In this document: piece after piece, positions 23,543 to 35,982 of the stretch | How the letters are laid out: every line of letters starts with the position of its first letter | Position numbering within the stretch: the stretch's first letter is position 1 | NCBI GenBank assembly: GCA_950097015.1 | Contig: CATNEN010000039.1 | Location: 11,036,001 to 11,100,000, forward strand | Source: Macrostomum hystrix | Lineage: Eukaryota; Animalia; Platyhelminthes | Reading direction: 5' to 3' | DNA length: 64,000 nt | Program-made: the position numbers and the translations under genes | Notes under the pieces: model-generated | What the model was told of the DNA's origin: nothing | The model's database searches: none | What the model saw: only the letters and a program-made list of their open reading frames with translations

Positions 23543-24062
23543 TGCTGCTTCAGTGTCTCAGTACCTCTTTATGAGTACATGTCCATTCACAGATACATTT
23601 ATTTTGTTTTGATGTAAAAGAAAGTTTTTAAGACATTTATTTATTTATTATCATAACTTTCAAGTCTTTTTTGTCCTAAAAAAGATAAAAGATAAAAGTC
23701 CTAAAAGATAATTTATTTCAAAAGTAAATTGTGTGCTTATTACATAATATTTATATTACAACTGTTTATACAAAAAATTGGATTTAGGTGAAAAAAACTA
23801 ATGAATAGAATTTAATTTAAATAATCTAGTCTAATAAACAATTTAATCAAATCAATCATAGTTGTAGTTTTTAATCTTCTTTAAATTGTATTCTTAGTAA
23901 TATATTCTAGTCAAATAAATAAACCTGCTGCTTCAGTGTCTCAGTACCTCTTTATGAGTACATGTCCATTCACACGTACATTTATTTTGTTTTGATGTAA
24001 AATAAAGTTTTTAAAACATTTATTTATTTATTATCATAACTTTCAAGTCTTTTTTGTCCTAA
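23543..24062. repeat. Pair of about 140-bp AT-rich direct repeats (about 23543-23680 and 23925-24062)
   Basis: CTGCTGCTTCAGTGTCTCAGTACCTCTTTATGAGTACATGTCCATTCAC...TTTTTTGTCCTAA occurs twice. Confidence 0.85.
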
Positions 24063-24394
24063 TATATACGAATCATTTTTCAGTAATTTCGAATTATCAA
24101 AAATGAAGAGTTTAAATACGATTTTGGATTTCTTATACTGGATCAAGGACCACTAGGTAGTCCTTGTGGTCCTTCTACTCCTAGTGGTCCTTGCTCTGGA
24201 CACCTTGAAACTTATGCATTTTTTCAAGAGTAAACACTAAATTAACTTGATTCTTATGTACTTGTTAAATATCTAACACATTATTGCTGAAGCAGGGCAA
24301 AGAAATCTGAAATCCTTAGCATCAAATCGATTTCAAAAGTAGCATCTCGCTTTCCTTGCAGATAAATAGCCATTCAAGACATCACGATAGCGAC

Positions 24395-24511
24395 ATGGAA
24401 CTCAGCGAAGAGAAAAAGGTCCTAGTGAAGGGTTGGATGCTGAAATCGCCGCCGTTTGCTACCGAGTCATCGCGTATACTCATCTTTCGCAGGCCGAAGC
24501 CTTTGAGACCA
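24395..24511 (+). CDS. Gab: Gab/DOS adaptor exon 1 (start of PH domain)
   Basis: Encodes MELSEEKKVLVKGWMLKSPP..., the Gab-type GWLxKSPP motif. Donor CCA|GTAAGT, phase 0. Confidence 0.8.
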
Positions 24512-24639
24512 GTAAGTTGCTTCTCTTTGAACAAGAGACAGTCGTCTTTTTAGCCATCTAAAGTCACATTGCAGAAACATATTTTCGTAGGCCCTTCAAC
24601 TAGAAAATGCAGTTTTCTTCTGTCTCATCAATAATTAAT

Positions 24640-24950
24640 ACTAATAATAATAATAACTGATTACACCTGCGCCAATTTGGGCCAGATGTGCAGCCGACAG
24701 CACAGCCGCAGCTATTGCACGGTGAATCTGAGGGCTGCTTACAGCTGTTCAGTCCATGGACTGGGGGGGCGTCACACCCACCTTCAATAATCCCAGCTAA
24801 TGCTGTTACTCATTTAACACCTGGGTGAACTGAAGCGAAGCAGAGTTAAGTGTCTTGCTAAAGGACATATATTGTTCCAGTGGAGTGGGCAATCGAACCC
24901 CCGACCTTCAAGTCCAACGTAAGTCCAACGCCCTAACCACTGGGCTACAA
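24640..24950 (-). mobile_element. tRNA-derived SINE (family 2) with (TAA)n tail
   Basis: TAATAATAA tail, core GTTAAGTGTCTTGCTAAAGGACA, tRNA-like head AATCGAACCCCCGACCTT...CCTAACCACTGGGCTAC. Confidence 0.7.
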
Positions 24951-25052
24951 CGTAGGCTGTCTCATCAATGCAAGCACAAAAACGAAAACGATTGAGCCGT
25001 TGATAAAAAATCCCTGCAGAAGCATAAGAAAAATGCGAAAAATCTCCGCGAC

Positions 25053-25132
25053 TGTGGCCTCACCGCGGAATCGAGCTCAAGGGATGTTTGTGCGAGCGGC
25101 AAACAAGTTAGACCTCTCTGCCACTTAACCCC
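25053..25132 (-). mobile_element. SINE family 1 head fragment
   Basis: GTGGCCTCACCGCGGAATCGAGCTC...CTCTGCCAC matches 59415-59485. Confidence 0.6.
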
Positions 25133-25385
25133 CTGCAATAGCTACCACTATGCAAAAATTCAATGTGGGTGGTTAATTTTTTGATGATAGATTTCTAGTA
25201 AAATCTATCCTAGGATTATTCTCTTTAAATATATTTTTTTGCATCATTTAATAATAATTTCGTAGTCTTTGTCATTTAAATTGTAAAATTGAACTGAAAG
25301 CATCTTATTGAATCGTTTTCGGAATACACATTTTTCGAAACATATCGGGTCCATACAAGCCCACCCCACTCCCCACTCCACCCAG

Positions 25386-25863
25386 CGCTGGCGCCGGCGC
25401 TACTTTGTGTTGTATCGCATCAGCGGAAGCGCCGGTTCACGCGGACAAGGCTTTGCCCACTGCCTGCTCTACTACAAGAGCAAACAGATGGCCAAGGTCA
25501 AGGGTTCCATCGACCTAGACAAGGCCAGGAACATTGTCACCCACGTGATTCCGCCTGACAGCATTCTGTCTGACATCCCCAATCGGCTTGTTCGACACTT
25601 CAGCGACAGCCAGCTGCCATTCTTCCAGTTGGAGACCAAGCACAAATCGCACGACAGGACCTATTTCTTCCTGCCAGACAGCGACAGTCAGATGGAGGCC
25701 TGGGCTCGCAGCATCAGCAAGGCCTGCGGACTCGCCGAGGATGATGACAACACAGCTGGTGACGACCTCCCGGCTCAGCCGCTGCCGTTTCTTGGAGGCG
25801 TTTCAATGTTGCAGACCAGCCAATTTCCCGGCAACAATCACCTACTGGTGCCGCAGCAGCCAG
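25386..25863 (+). CDS. Gab: Gab/DOS exon 2 (PH domain body)
   Basis: CCCAG acceptor. Encodes RWRRRYFVL...LLYYKSK...KGSIDL...RTYFFLPDSDSQMEAWARSISKACGL. Donor G|GTGGGC. Confidence 0.85.
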
Positions 25864-25877
25864 GTGGGCGGAGCAGG

Positions 25878-26666
25878 GCGGAAACCTCTAATTCTCATCC
25901 CAACCCCCGAGTCTTCATTGCGGAAGCCTCTCATTCTCATCCCAACCCCCGAGTCTTCATTGCGGAAGCCTCTCATTCTCATCCCAACCCCCGAGTCTTC
26001 ATTGCGGAAGCCTCTCATTCTCATCCCAACCCCCGAGTCTTCATTGCGGAAGCCTCTCATTCTCATCCCAACCCCCGAGTCTTCATTGCGGAAGCCTCTC
26101 ATTCTCATCCCAACCCCCGAGTCTTCATTGCGGAAGCCTCTCATTCTCATCCCAACCCCCGAGTCTTCATTGCGGAAGCCTCTCATTCTCATCCCAACCC
26201 CCGAGTCTTCATTGCGGAAGCCTCTCATTCTCATCCCAACCCCCGAGTCTTCATTGCGGAAGCCTCTCATTCTCATCCCAACCCCGAATCTTCAGGGCGG
26301 AAGCCTCTCATTCTCATCCCAACCCCGAATCTTCAGGGCGGGAACCTCTAATTCTCATCCCAACCCCCGAGTCTTCATTGCGGAAACCTCTAATTCTCAT
26401 CCCAACCCCCGAGTCTTCATTGCGGAAGCCTCTCATTCTCATCCCAACCCCGAATCTTCAGGGCGGAAGCCTCTCATTCTCATCCCAACCCCGAATCTTC
26501 AGGGCGGAAACCTCTAATTCTCATCCCAACCCCGAATCTTCAGGGCGGAAACCTCTAATTCTCATCCCAACCCCGAATCTTCAGGGCGGGAACCTCTAAT
26601 TCTCATCCCAACCCCGAATCTTCAGGGCGGAAACCTCTCATTCTCATCCCAACCCCGAATCTTCAG
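25878..26666. repeat. 41/42-bp minisatellite filling Gab intron 2
   Basis: Units GCGGAAGCCTCTCATTCTCATCCCAACCCCCGAGTCTTCATT and ...CCCCGAATCTTCAGG. Confidence 0.95.
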
Positions 26667-27134
26667 GTACTGAATCCTCCACTTCCTCTGTAATTTTGAC
26701 AACTTCTCGTCAATCCACCGCAGCAGGTCTGACATTCGCTCAGACTCAGCATCAGAGGCAGCAGCCACCGCAGCGACCTCTGAATCTGCCGAAAACGATT
26801 GCAACAACTAACAACGTCGGCAACGGCAATGGCCCCCCGGCGCACCCAGACAGAGACAGCGGGGTGTACAAGTCGCCGGCCGAGCTGACCGCGGACTCTC
26901 TAGCCGAAGATGTGTACCGGGTGCCAAGTCTTGGCGATCCCGCCGACCCGGTCTACGGCGTGCCGGATGCCGCATATCATGACAGGCCAGCCGAAGAGGA
27001 CGCGTATGGCCAGCCGGTGCCATTGTCAGCCGAGCAGCAGCAGCAGCAGGATCCAGATGCCGCCAATGCGGCGCCTCCCAGACCGCCGCCAAGAAAGTCG
27101 GTCAAACCTGCCCCAGATTCACAGGCCGACGTTG
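26667..27134 (+). CDS. Gab: Gab/DOS exon 3 (YxxP motifs, proline-rich SH3 ligand)
   Basis: In frame after TCTTCAG. Contains YKSP, YRVP, YGVP, YGQP and PPRPPPRK. Donor G|GTAAGT. Confidence 0.8.
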
Positions 27135-27155
27135 GTAAGTTTTTTCCCCGGACCG

Positions 27156-27820
27156 TGATCCCGAACCCTGATCCCGAACTCTGATCCCGAAACCTGATCC
27201 CGAAACCTGATCCCGAAACCTGATCCCGAAACCTGATCCCGAACTCTCATCCCGAAACCTGATCCCCAATCCTGATCCTGAACCCTGATCCCAAACCTTG
27301 ATCCCGAAACCTGATCCCGAACCTTGATCCCGAACTCAGATCCCGAACCTTGATCCCGAACCTTGATCCTGAACCCTGATCCCAAACCTTGATCCCGAAA
27401 CCTGATCCCGAACCTTGATCCCGAACTCAGATCCCGAACCTTGATCCCGAACCTTGATCCCGAACACTGATCCCGAAACCTGATCCCGAACCCTGATCTC
27501 GAACCTTGATCCCGAACTCAGATCCCGAAACCTGATCGCCAAACCTGATCCCGAAATCTGATCCCCAAACCTGATCCCGAAACCTGATCCCGAACTCTCA
27601 TCCCGAAACCTGATCCTGAACCCTGATCCCGAACACTGATCCTGAACCCTGATCCCGAACCTTGATCCCGAACCTTGATCCCGAACACTGATCTCGAATC
27701 CTGATCCCGAACTCAGATCCCGAAACCTGTTCCTTAAAATCAGATCCCTTAAACCTGATCTGAAATCCTTAACCCAAAATCTGATCCCAAACCCGAAAAC
27801 TGATCCCGAATTCTGATCCT
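27156..27820. repeat. Intronic 12/13-bp minisatellite CTGATCCCGAAAC
   Basis: Degenerate tandem copies starting about 20 nt after the donor. Confidence 0.92.
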
Positions 27821-28278
27821 TCAAACCTTCATCCCCAACAAGATACCCACCCGAAAGCCTAACTCGCATAGAAAAGGGGGTCAGTCGTTATCTATGAAAT
27901 CAGTGCATTTTACTAAAAATAGCTTGCCCGGATCCAACATTGCCTTGAACGACGATAGCAGCCGGAATAAGAATTCAGATTTGGTATATTCCAAAACAAG
28001 CCGTCTAGTTTATTAGTTTTTGCCTGAAAACCAGCACATTCGCTTTGTTTCTGTTATCATTTTTATTGTTCCTGTCACATCTTGTATGCAGTCACTGGTA
28101 TTCAGCTTTTTTGTCAACCAGATTGACTAAATTAATCTACCAGGTTGACACATCTACGAGCTAGTTAATCCTTATCGCAGTTTTAATCCTAATCCCGCAT
28201 CAATAATCGAAATCCCGCCATTCCCGTTCTTTAACAAGCCTGTGCACCAAGTTTTATAGATATTTTTATTTTACTAAG

Positions 28279-28560
28279 AACCACCCCAACGCTAATGGAG
28301 CCTTTGGCGAACAAATTGCTGCGGTTCCGCTGGCTCAGCGCTCGGCCCTGTCCCGCATCTTCACCCTGCGAAAAACAGCTCAGCCGCAGCAGCAGCCGCT
28401 GACGTCAGAGTCGCCGCCGCCGATGCCGCTTCCTCGGAGACGGCAGGGAACCAACACGAGCAGCGAGGAGGAGCCGACGTCAGGAGCTGGAGCTACCTCT
28501 GACTCGGAATCTGGAGACTCGAATTCAGGAGATAGCGGCTCTGTTGACAGCGACCTTGCG
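28279..28560 (+). CDS. Gab: Gab/DOS penultimate exon (5' boundary unresolved, 28279 or 28301)
   Basis: Open frame ...SESPPPMPLPRRRQ...SVDSDLA with donor GCG|GTGAGA. Phase with exon 3 fits only a weak GAG acceptor at 28300, or there is an unseen small exon. Confidence 0.6.
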
Positions 28561-28563
28561 GTG

Positions 28564-28990
28564 AGATCCCAGATCCCGATCCCAGATCCCGATCCCAGAT
28601 CCCGATCCCAGATCCCGATCCCAGATCCCGATCCCAGATCCCGATCCCAGATCCCGATCCCAGATCCCGATCCCAGATCCCGATCCCAGATCCCGATCCC
28701 AGATCCCGATCCCAGATCCCGATCCCAGATCCCGATCCCAGATCCCGATCCCAGATCCCGATCCCAGATCCCGATCCCAGATCCCGATCCCAGATCCCGA
28801 TCCCAGATCCCGATCCCAGATCCCGATCCCAGATCCCGATCCCAGATCCCGATCCCAGATCCCGATCCCAGATCCCGATCCCAGATCCCGATCCCAGATC
28901 CCGATCCCAGATCCCGATCCCAGATCCCGATCCCAGATCCCGATCCCAGATCCCGATCCCAGATCCCGATCCCAGATCCCGATCCCGATC
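28564..28990. repeat. Intronic 13-bp minisatellite AGATCCCGATCCC
   Basis: Near-perfect tandem copies beginning within the donor GTGAGATCCC. Confidence 0.95.
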
Positions 28991-29357
28991 CTGAATCTCT
29001 GAACCATCATCCTGTTTTAAAAGTAGAAAACAAGTTATTTATTTGTATTTATACGACTTTTAGATTTAATCGGTCCAGAGTGTCCGCACAGTAAGTTTCT
29101 GCTTTATTAGCAAGGCAGCATGCAAAACTAGCATTTTGCTGGGACAGAATCTAAACACAATGTTTAACTCGCTCACGCAGCTTTCATAACTAACGCTATC
29201 GAGACAGTTTGTTTCAGAGCTCACTAACTCTAAACAACGTTCTTCATTCTAAACAAACATTTGCCGACTGTTTATTATCTTAACGATTAACGCACTAAAG
29301 TAGCGAGTAATGGAATGACAAAAACGTTAACAAGATCCCGACGCATCGTGCCCGCAG

Positions 29358-29474
29358 ACTCGTGGCTACGCCCAGCTAGACTTCAGCAGTCGGCCTGGTC
29401 CGCACCGCCCAGTTGCCAGGGGCTTTGAGTACGCCGAGATTGTGGCTCGAGTTCTACCTCGGGACAAGAGCTGA
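29358..29474 (+). CDS. Gab: Gab/DOS last exon with tandem SHP2-type tyrosine motifs
   Basis: CCCGCAG acceptor. Encodes TRGYAQLDFSSRPGPHRPVARGFEYAEIVARVLPRDKS*. Confidence 0.8.
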   Translation, partial: TRGYAQLDFSSRPGPHRPVARGFEYAEIVARVLPRDKS

Positions 29475-29607
29475 AGCTAGCTGCTGAGACTATGCTCATT
29501 TTTGTGATTTTTCTTTGTCTTCTGCAAACGCACAAGCTTGTGCCAAGCTTTGCCTCATTTTATTTATCATCATTCTGTTTGTGCCCATAGAATGCCAGCC
29601 ATCGTTA

Positions 29608-30387
29608 GATCTGGGATCTGAGATCTGGGATCTGAGATCTGGGATCTGAGATCTGGGATCTGAGATCTGGGATCTGAGATCTGGGATCTGAGATCTGGGA
29701 TCTGAGATCTGAGATCTGAGATCTGGGATATGAGATCTGGGATCTGAGATCTGAGATCTGAGATCTGGGATCTGAGATCTGGGATCTGAGATCTGGGATC
29801 TGAGATCTGGGATCTGAGATCTGGGATCTGAGATCTGGGATCTGAGATCTGGGATCTGAGATCTGGGATCTGAGATCTGGGATCTGAGATCTGGGATCTG
29901 GGATCTGGGATATAAGATCTGGGATCTGGGATATAGGATCTGGGAACTGGGATCTAGGATCTGAGATCTGGGATCTGAGATCTGGGATCTGAGATCTGGG
30001 ATCTGAGATCTGGGATCTGAGATCTGGGATCTGAGATCTGGGATCTGAGATCTGGGATCTGAGATCTGGGATCTGAGATCTGGGATCTGAGATCTGGGAT
30101 CTGAGATCTGGGATCTGAGATCTGGGATCTGAGATCTGGGATCTGAGATCTGGGATCTGAGATCTGGGATCTGAGATCTGGGATCTGAGATCTGGGATCT
30201 GAGATCTGGGATCTGAGATCTGGGATCTGAGATCTGGGATCTGAGATCTGGGATCTGAGATCTGGGATCTGAGATCTGGGATCTGAGATCTGGGATCTGA
30301 GATCTGGGATCTGAGATCTGGGATCTGAGATCTGGGATCTGAGATCTGGGATCTGAGATCTGGGATCTGAGATCTGGGATCTGAGAT
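29608..30387. repeat. 14-bp minisatellite GATCTGGGATCTGA
   Basis: Tandem copies. The reverse complement resembles the upstream GATCCC arrays. Confidence 0.95.
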
Positions 30388-30997
30388 CTATTTCTTTTCT
30401 TGTTTTTTTCCTAGCAAGCTCTTCCCCAAACGTTTGCATAAATTTTACTCTGCTCTGGTGCTGAAAGCTCTTGACAATTCTTCCAGACCTGTCTAAATTA
30501 GCAAATATAGCGTTAAGCTGCATTCGCCCAGAAATCTTGCATGCTTTTTGCCTGCTGTGAGTAGTATATCGCGTTCGTTTTTAACACTATTTTACTTTGC
30601 ACTTTTGTAATCTCGCTTCAGTTGGACGGAAATTAACTTACAGTTCGTGGATTTTTCAGTCAAAATGGTTAACGTTTCTGTTTTGATGGAAACTTTGCCA
30701 ACAGTTATTATTTGATTCATCATGTTGAAAACAGTTGGTTTGTTTTCTGTTTTTTGTGAGCAGTATGATGTGAATATTACAAATGATTTTTAATGCATTC
30801 CATGCAAGTAAAAATTTATGATAAAAGTGGGGCAAACTTATATTATTACTCAAAAGTAACGGAAGATCCACGCCTACGTTACTTTTCTCGAATAGTGACT
30901 GCGATCGTAACTTCCGTTACCTATTCATAGCGACAAAACAGATTTTTCAGGCAATTTGCATTAGTTATTTTGACTTTTTTTAGTTTTCTAGAATCTT

Positions 30998-31195
30998 TCG
31001 TTACTTAATCTACCCGGACACAGGAGAAGCTTACATTTCGCTCCGTTACTCGGTAATATTTCGTTACTTTATATACCCAGACACAGGAGAAGCTTACATT
31101 TAGCTCCTTTACTCGCTAGTATTTCGTTACTTTATCTACCCAGACACAGGAGAAGCTTACATTTCGCTCCGTTACTCGGTAATATTTCATTACTC
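30998..31195. repeat. About 62-bp unit x3
   Basis: TTCGTTACTT..TACCCAGACACAGGAGAAGCTTACATT..GCTCC.TTACTCG repeated three times. Confidence 0.85.
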
Positions 31196-31710
31196 TATAA
31201 ATTTCTCTTGTTACATTTTCCTTTTATTTAAAAATTGAAAAAAGTCGTTACTTTGAAACTATCGATGATTTGATACTTACGTTAATTTATTAGAATTCCG
31301 TTAATTTTAAAACTTGTAACGCAACTTTTGCTTTGTGGCACACTTGCATTGCTGGTGAAATTTTTATTTTTATTTGGAAATTATCGTTAGTTTATCCAAG
31401 GAAACAAATCAAACCATGATCAAGATCTTCTATGATACGCCGGAAAAGGAAGACACTGCTGTGAGTAGTGGCACCTGTGCTCTCCCACCAGCTCAGAGCT
31501 GCTAATTATTCTTCGATGATACCTCATTTTAAGCCTGATTTTTCTGTTTAATCTCAAAACAGGAAGTTGATTAGACAGAAAGCTTTCACACAGCTCAAAC
31601 TTGGCGTGCCGATTTCCATTTCACCTGATCCTATTTTCCTACAAAGCGGACTCACAGCTTTCATCTCTGTTGGCTTTTGCGACTCCAGTACAGCATTTAT
31701 TCTCTCCTGT

Positions 31711-31995
31711 CCCAGCTCATCTATACTCCCCCGATCTTATATCTACTCTCACAGCACATCTCTATTCTCCCAGCTCATCTCTACTCTCCCAGCACATCTC
31801 TACTCTCCCAGCTCATCTCTACTCCCCCGATCTTATATCTACTCTCCCAGCTCATCTCTACTCCCCCGATCTTATATCTACTCTCCCAGCTCATCTCTAC
31901 TCCCCCGATCTTATATCTACTCTCCCAGCTCATCTCTACTCCCCCGATCTTATATCTACTCTCCCAGCTCATCTCTAGTCTCCCAGCTCATCTCC
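31711..31995. repeat. 39-bp minisatellite CTCTCCCAGCTCATCTCTACTCCCCCGATCTTATATCTA
   Basis: Tandem copies. Confidence 0.9.
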
Positions 31996-32477
31996 CTTCA
32001 CTATGAGAGCTACATTTGCATTTCTCACAACCGATGGCATGTGTTGTCCAGTGTGCATTGTGGAGGATTGCACTAGGCCTAGCCTTCAACATGGCTTGAG
32101 TTTGTCTTACTCACACTGTGTCTGGCATGAGCTCACCCGTACTCAATTTTGCCACTGAGCTCCCCCCGCCAGTGCATCCTGTAGCGATCGATAACTGGTA
32201 CCGGTGCTGAAACAATGGGCGCGCACGTACAATGCCATTGTGGGAAGGGGATAATTTTAAGCAACTGATGGCGTGGAAGAAAGACAGACAACGGTGGCAG
32301 GAGGGTACAGTGGTACAGTCGCTGTGTTATGACTCTCCTAGGCAATCTCGCACGGCCCCCATAGCCCGATGCAGCAGCAGCAGCAGCAGAAAAATTATTT
32401 TTTAAGCCTAATGCTTTTCTGCTAGTGTCGTGCCAATTTTTTCCCAGCACTGAAATTTCACATAATTTGAATAATGA

Positions 32478-32670
32478 CTGCAGGAGGGCTGCAAGCATAT
32501 TTTATAGCGATGGTAGACACGCTGCCAGCGAGGAGACAGTTCCGCTGACTCCTGAGCACACAACCACACAGGTGTGTATACATCTGACCTGACTTTCTCA
32601 TCGTCAGGCAGAGTACACTCTCACTGTGCCTTGGAGTGAGAGTCCCCTAAGCCCTCTCTCTGCGGTTGCG
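32478..32670 (-). mobile_element. SINE family 1 body (further partial copies at about 36750-36870 and 48815-48880)
   Basis: GCCAGCGAGGAG...CACACAGGTGTGTA...TGACTTTCTCATCGTCA...CACTGTGCCTTGG. Confidence 0.65.
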
Positions 32671-32737
32671 CTCTAAAGTGTTAAATCCGTTAAATCCGTT
32701 TATTATTATTGATATTTGATAATCTACTTAGTTGAGG

Positions 32738-34145
32738 CATGAGAGTGAGAGTATGAGAGTGAAAGCATGAGAGTGAGATTTTGAGAGTAAGAGTATGAGA
32801 GTGAGAGGATGAGAGTGAGAGGATGAGAGTGAGAGGATGCGAGTGAGAGTATGAGAGTGAGAGCATGAGAGTGAGAGGATGAGAGTGAGAGCATGAGAGT
32901 GAGAGGATGAGAGTGAGAGTATGAGAGTGAGAGCATGAGAGTGAGAGTATGAGAGTGAGAGCATGAGAGTGAGAGGATGAGAGTGAAAGCATGAGAGTGA
33001 GAGGATGAGAGTGGAAGCATGAGAGTGAGAGGATGAGAGTGAGAGCATGAGAGTGAGAGTATGAGAGTAAGAGCATGAGAGTGAGAGTATGAGAGTAAGA
33101 GCATGAGAGTGAGAGTATGAGAGTAAGAGCATGAGAGTGAGAGCATGAGAGTGAGAGCATGAGAGTGAGAGCATGAGAGTGAGAGTATGAGAGTGAGAGC
33201 ATGAGAGTGAGAGCATGAGAGTGAGAGCATGAGAGTGAGAGCATGAGAGTGAGAGTATGAGAGTGAGAGCATGAGAGTGAGAGGATGAGAGTGAGAGGAT
33301 GAGAGTGAGAGGATGAGAGTGAGAGGATGAGAGTGAGAGGATGAGAGTGAGAGGATGAGAGTGAGAGGATGAGAGTGAGAGCATGAGAGTGAAAGCATGA
33401 GAGTGAGAGGATGAGAGTGAGAGGATGAGAGTGAGAGGATGAGAGTGAGAGCATGAGAGTGAGAGGATGAGAGTGAGAGGATGAGAGTGAGAGGATGAGA
33501 GTGAGAGGATGCGAGTGAGAGTATGAGAGTGAGAGGATGAGAGTGAGATGATGAGAGTGAGAGCATGAGAGTGAGAGCATGAGATTAAGAGCATGAGAGT
33601 GAGATGATGAGAGTGAGAGCATGAGAGTGAGAGCATGAGAGTGAGAGCATGAGAGTGAGAGCATGAGATTGAGAGCATGAGAGTGAGATGATGAGAGTGA
33701 GAGCATGAGAGTGAGAGCATGAGAGTGAGAGTATGAGAGTAAGAGCATGAGAGTGAGAGTATGAGAGTAAGAGCATGAGAGTGAGAGTATGAGAGTAAGA
33801 GCATGAGAGTGAGAGTATGAGAGTAAGAGCATGAGAGTGAGAGTATGAGAGTAAGAGCATGAGAGTGAGAGCATGAGAGTGAGAGCATGAGAGTGAGAGC
33901 ATGAGAGTGAGAGTATGAGAGTGAGAGCATGAGAGTGAGAGCATGAGAGTGAGAGCATGAGAGTGAGAGCATGAGAGTGAGAGTATGAGAGTGAGAGCAT
34001 GAGAGTGAGAGCATGAGAGTGAGAGCATGAGAGTGAGAGCATGAGAGTGAGAGCATGAGAGTGAGAGTATGAGAGTGAGAGCATGAGAGTGAGAGCATGA
34101 GAGTGAGAGCATGAGAGTGAGAGTATGAGAGTGAGAGCATGAGAA
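32738..34145. repeat. 14-bp minisatellite GAGAGTGAGAGCAT
   Basis: About 100 copies with variants. Confidence 0.96.
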
Positions 34146-35799
34146 TAAGTTCATGAGAGTCCGGGCAAGGCAGGTGAGCACAGATGAATTGAATGACACG
34201 GAGAGGTGAAAGGAAGCATTAGCTGCAGCTGCTGAGGTTAAGCTGAGTCAGTCCCTGTGTCGCAGGTGCAAATTTGTGAGCAAGCTAATTTGAGTGAGGC
34301 CCCATGAGCATTTTCAGCGCTCAGATACGCGCTGAATCAGCAAGGCAGCATTCTAATCCAATGACTAACAAACAGCAGGCTTGAAAACCCACCTTGGCAT
34401 GGCAAGCAACAGCCGCCAGCGACATTGCAGACGTTTGCAAGCTGAAAAATAAATGCATCGCCAAAATTTTGCTCCCTTCCCAGGACCCGCGGCCATTGTT
34501 CTTCTGATGGCGCAGTTTGCAAAACAACTGCAGCAGCAGCAGCGGCAGCAGCAGCGGTGAGGGAGACAGCGCAACATTGCGCACGTTAAAGAAAAACGAG
34601 AGGAACAGAACTGACGTGTTCCCCATCCAATTCTCTTCCCCTGCTTTCTCTCTTCGCCTCCCGCCTTGTTCAGATGAGCAGAGTGCGGAGAGGAAGGGCC
34701 TAGCTTTGCCATACACCTATTTCTCCTTCTCCCGCTCTCATTCTCTTTCATTTCATCCCAAAAATCCATCTGGCTCTTCCCTCCTCCCGCCTTCAATACC
34801 CGGAACACGGAGGCTGGGGTGGCTGTCCCAGGTGAAGGGACTCGCCCATTTTTCTCCTCACAAAACTCAATGACTCGTGGGGCACGTGGGGAGTGAGCAG
34901 AGCGAGAGGGGTCGGGAAAATGAGAGGGCCGGTGCAAGTATCGATCCATCAAAAACAGCGGGGAATATGTCTAAAGTCGTGTTGTGTGTGCGCGACTGCG
35001 TGTGTTGAAGCTGAATGCGCGTCTCAAAATGGAGACACATCGGCCACCCCCCGATTTGATTTCATTGCTTGCGAATGCTTAAAAATTTTCTAACCGGTTG
35101 TAGCAAATCCGTCCCGTATCACAGCTTCACATTTCTTCCCCGTCCCACTAATTCCCATCCTTCATTACTAGCTTCCTTTTCGAATATTATGTAAGCTAAT
35201 AATATTCCATTGCCGTTCTCTCCGACAATCACTCGTAGAGTTTTCTAGCCCATACAACAATAACGTAGACAATTTGGCCTCTATAAACTGCAGTTTCCTA
35301 CTCATGCCATCTGTTCTCCAATTCTGTTCTACCTTTGCTTGCTATAACAATGGGATGACTATGCCCTGTGCCTTGCGCATACACGTCGGCGCGCATGTGG
35401 GACCGAGAACGGGAATATTCCTACGCCATTCTCTCCTCCCATTATCCCAAGCACAACATCCCCAGTCATACTCATGCCAAAACTCCGCATAGGTAGATCG
35501 CCTCCCCTCCTATACCCTCCCATCCCTCTCTCCTCTCCCCTTCCACCTGTGTCCCAACGGCAAAGCGTTGCCACACCTGGGCCACATGGGCCCTCGATTG
35601 CGTGGGCCACAACCACCCCTCCATTCTCCCCATTCCCCATCGCCCCTTTCGCCTGCTCCCATCTCCCCCCCACCCGTTCTGGCATTGGGGTGGGTTTGGG
35701 AAGGGAGTTTGAGAACACCTGGACGGATTTCATTGGCTAGCAGAGACTCACTCACGGGGGGGTTCTGAGTGAGGCGGCTGGAGATGAGGGGTCTGAGCT

Positions 35800-35982
35800 C
35801 CTGTATAAAATGAACGAATAATGGCGGGCGGACTCAGACGGCAAGAGCAGGATCCAGAGCGCGCTGTCACTCTTTAGCAGGGCGGCAATGCGTCCGCCAT
35901 ATTATTCTCAGCCTTTCAAACCCACTCAGGTCTGCTCAAACCATTGCAAACAGCTTCTCAATGACGGAAGCTCAAGGTAAGT
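35800..35982 (+). promoter_or_regulatory. Candidate TATA promoter and first exon (ATG ACG GAA GCT CAA G|GTAAGT)
   Basis: TATAAAA at about 35804, and a consensus donor AAG|GTAAGT at 35977 just after ATG 35961. No downstream exon identified. Confidence 0.35.

Noticed and set aside
25864-26351. Read-through of Gab exon 2 into the SHSHPNPRVFIAEA repeat as protein
   Set aside because: A donor at 25864 and an in-frame acceptor at 26666 explain it as intron.
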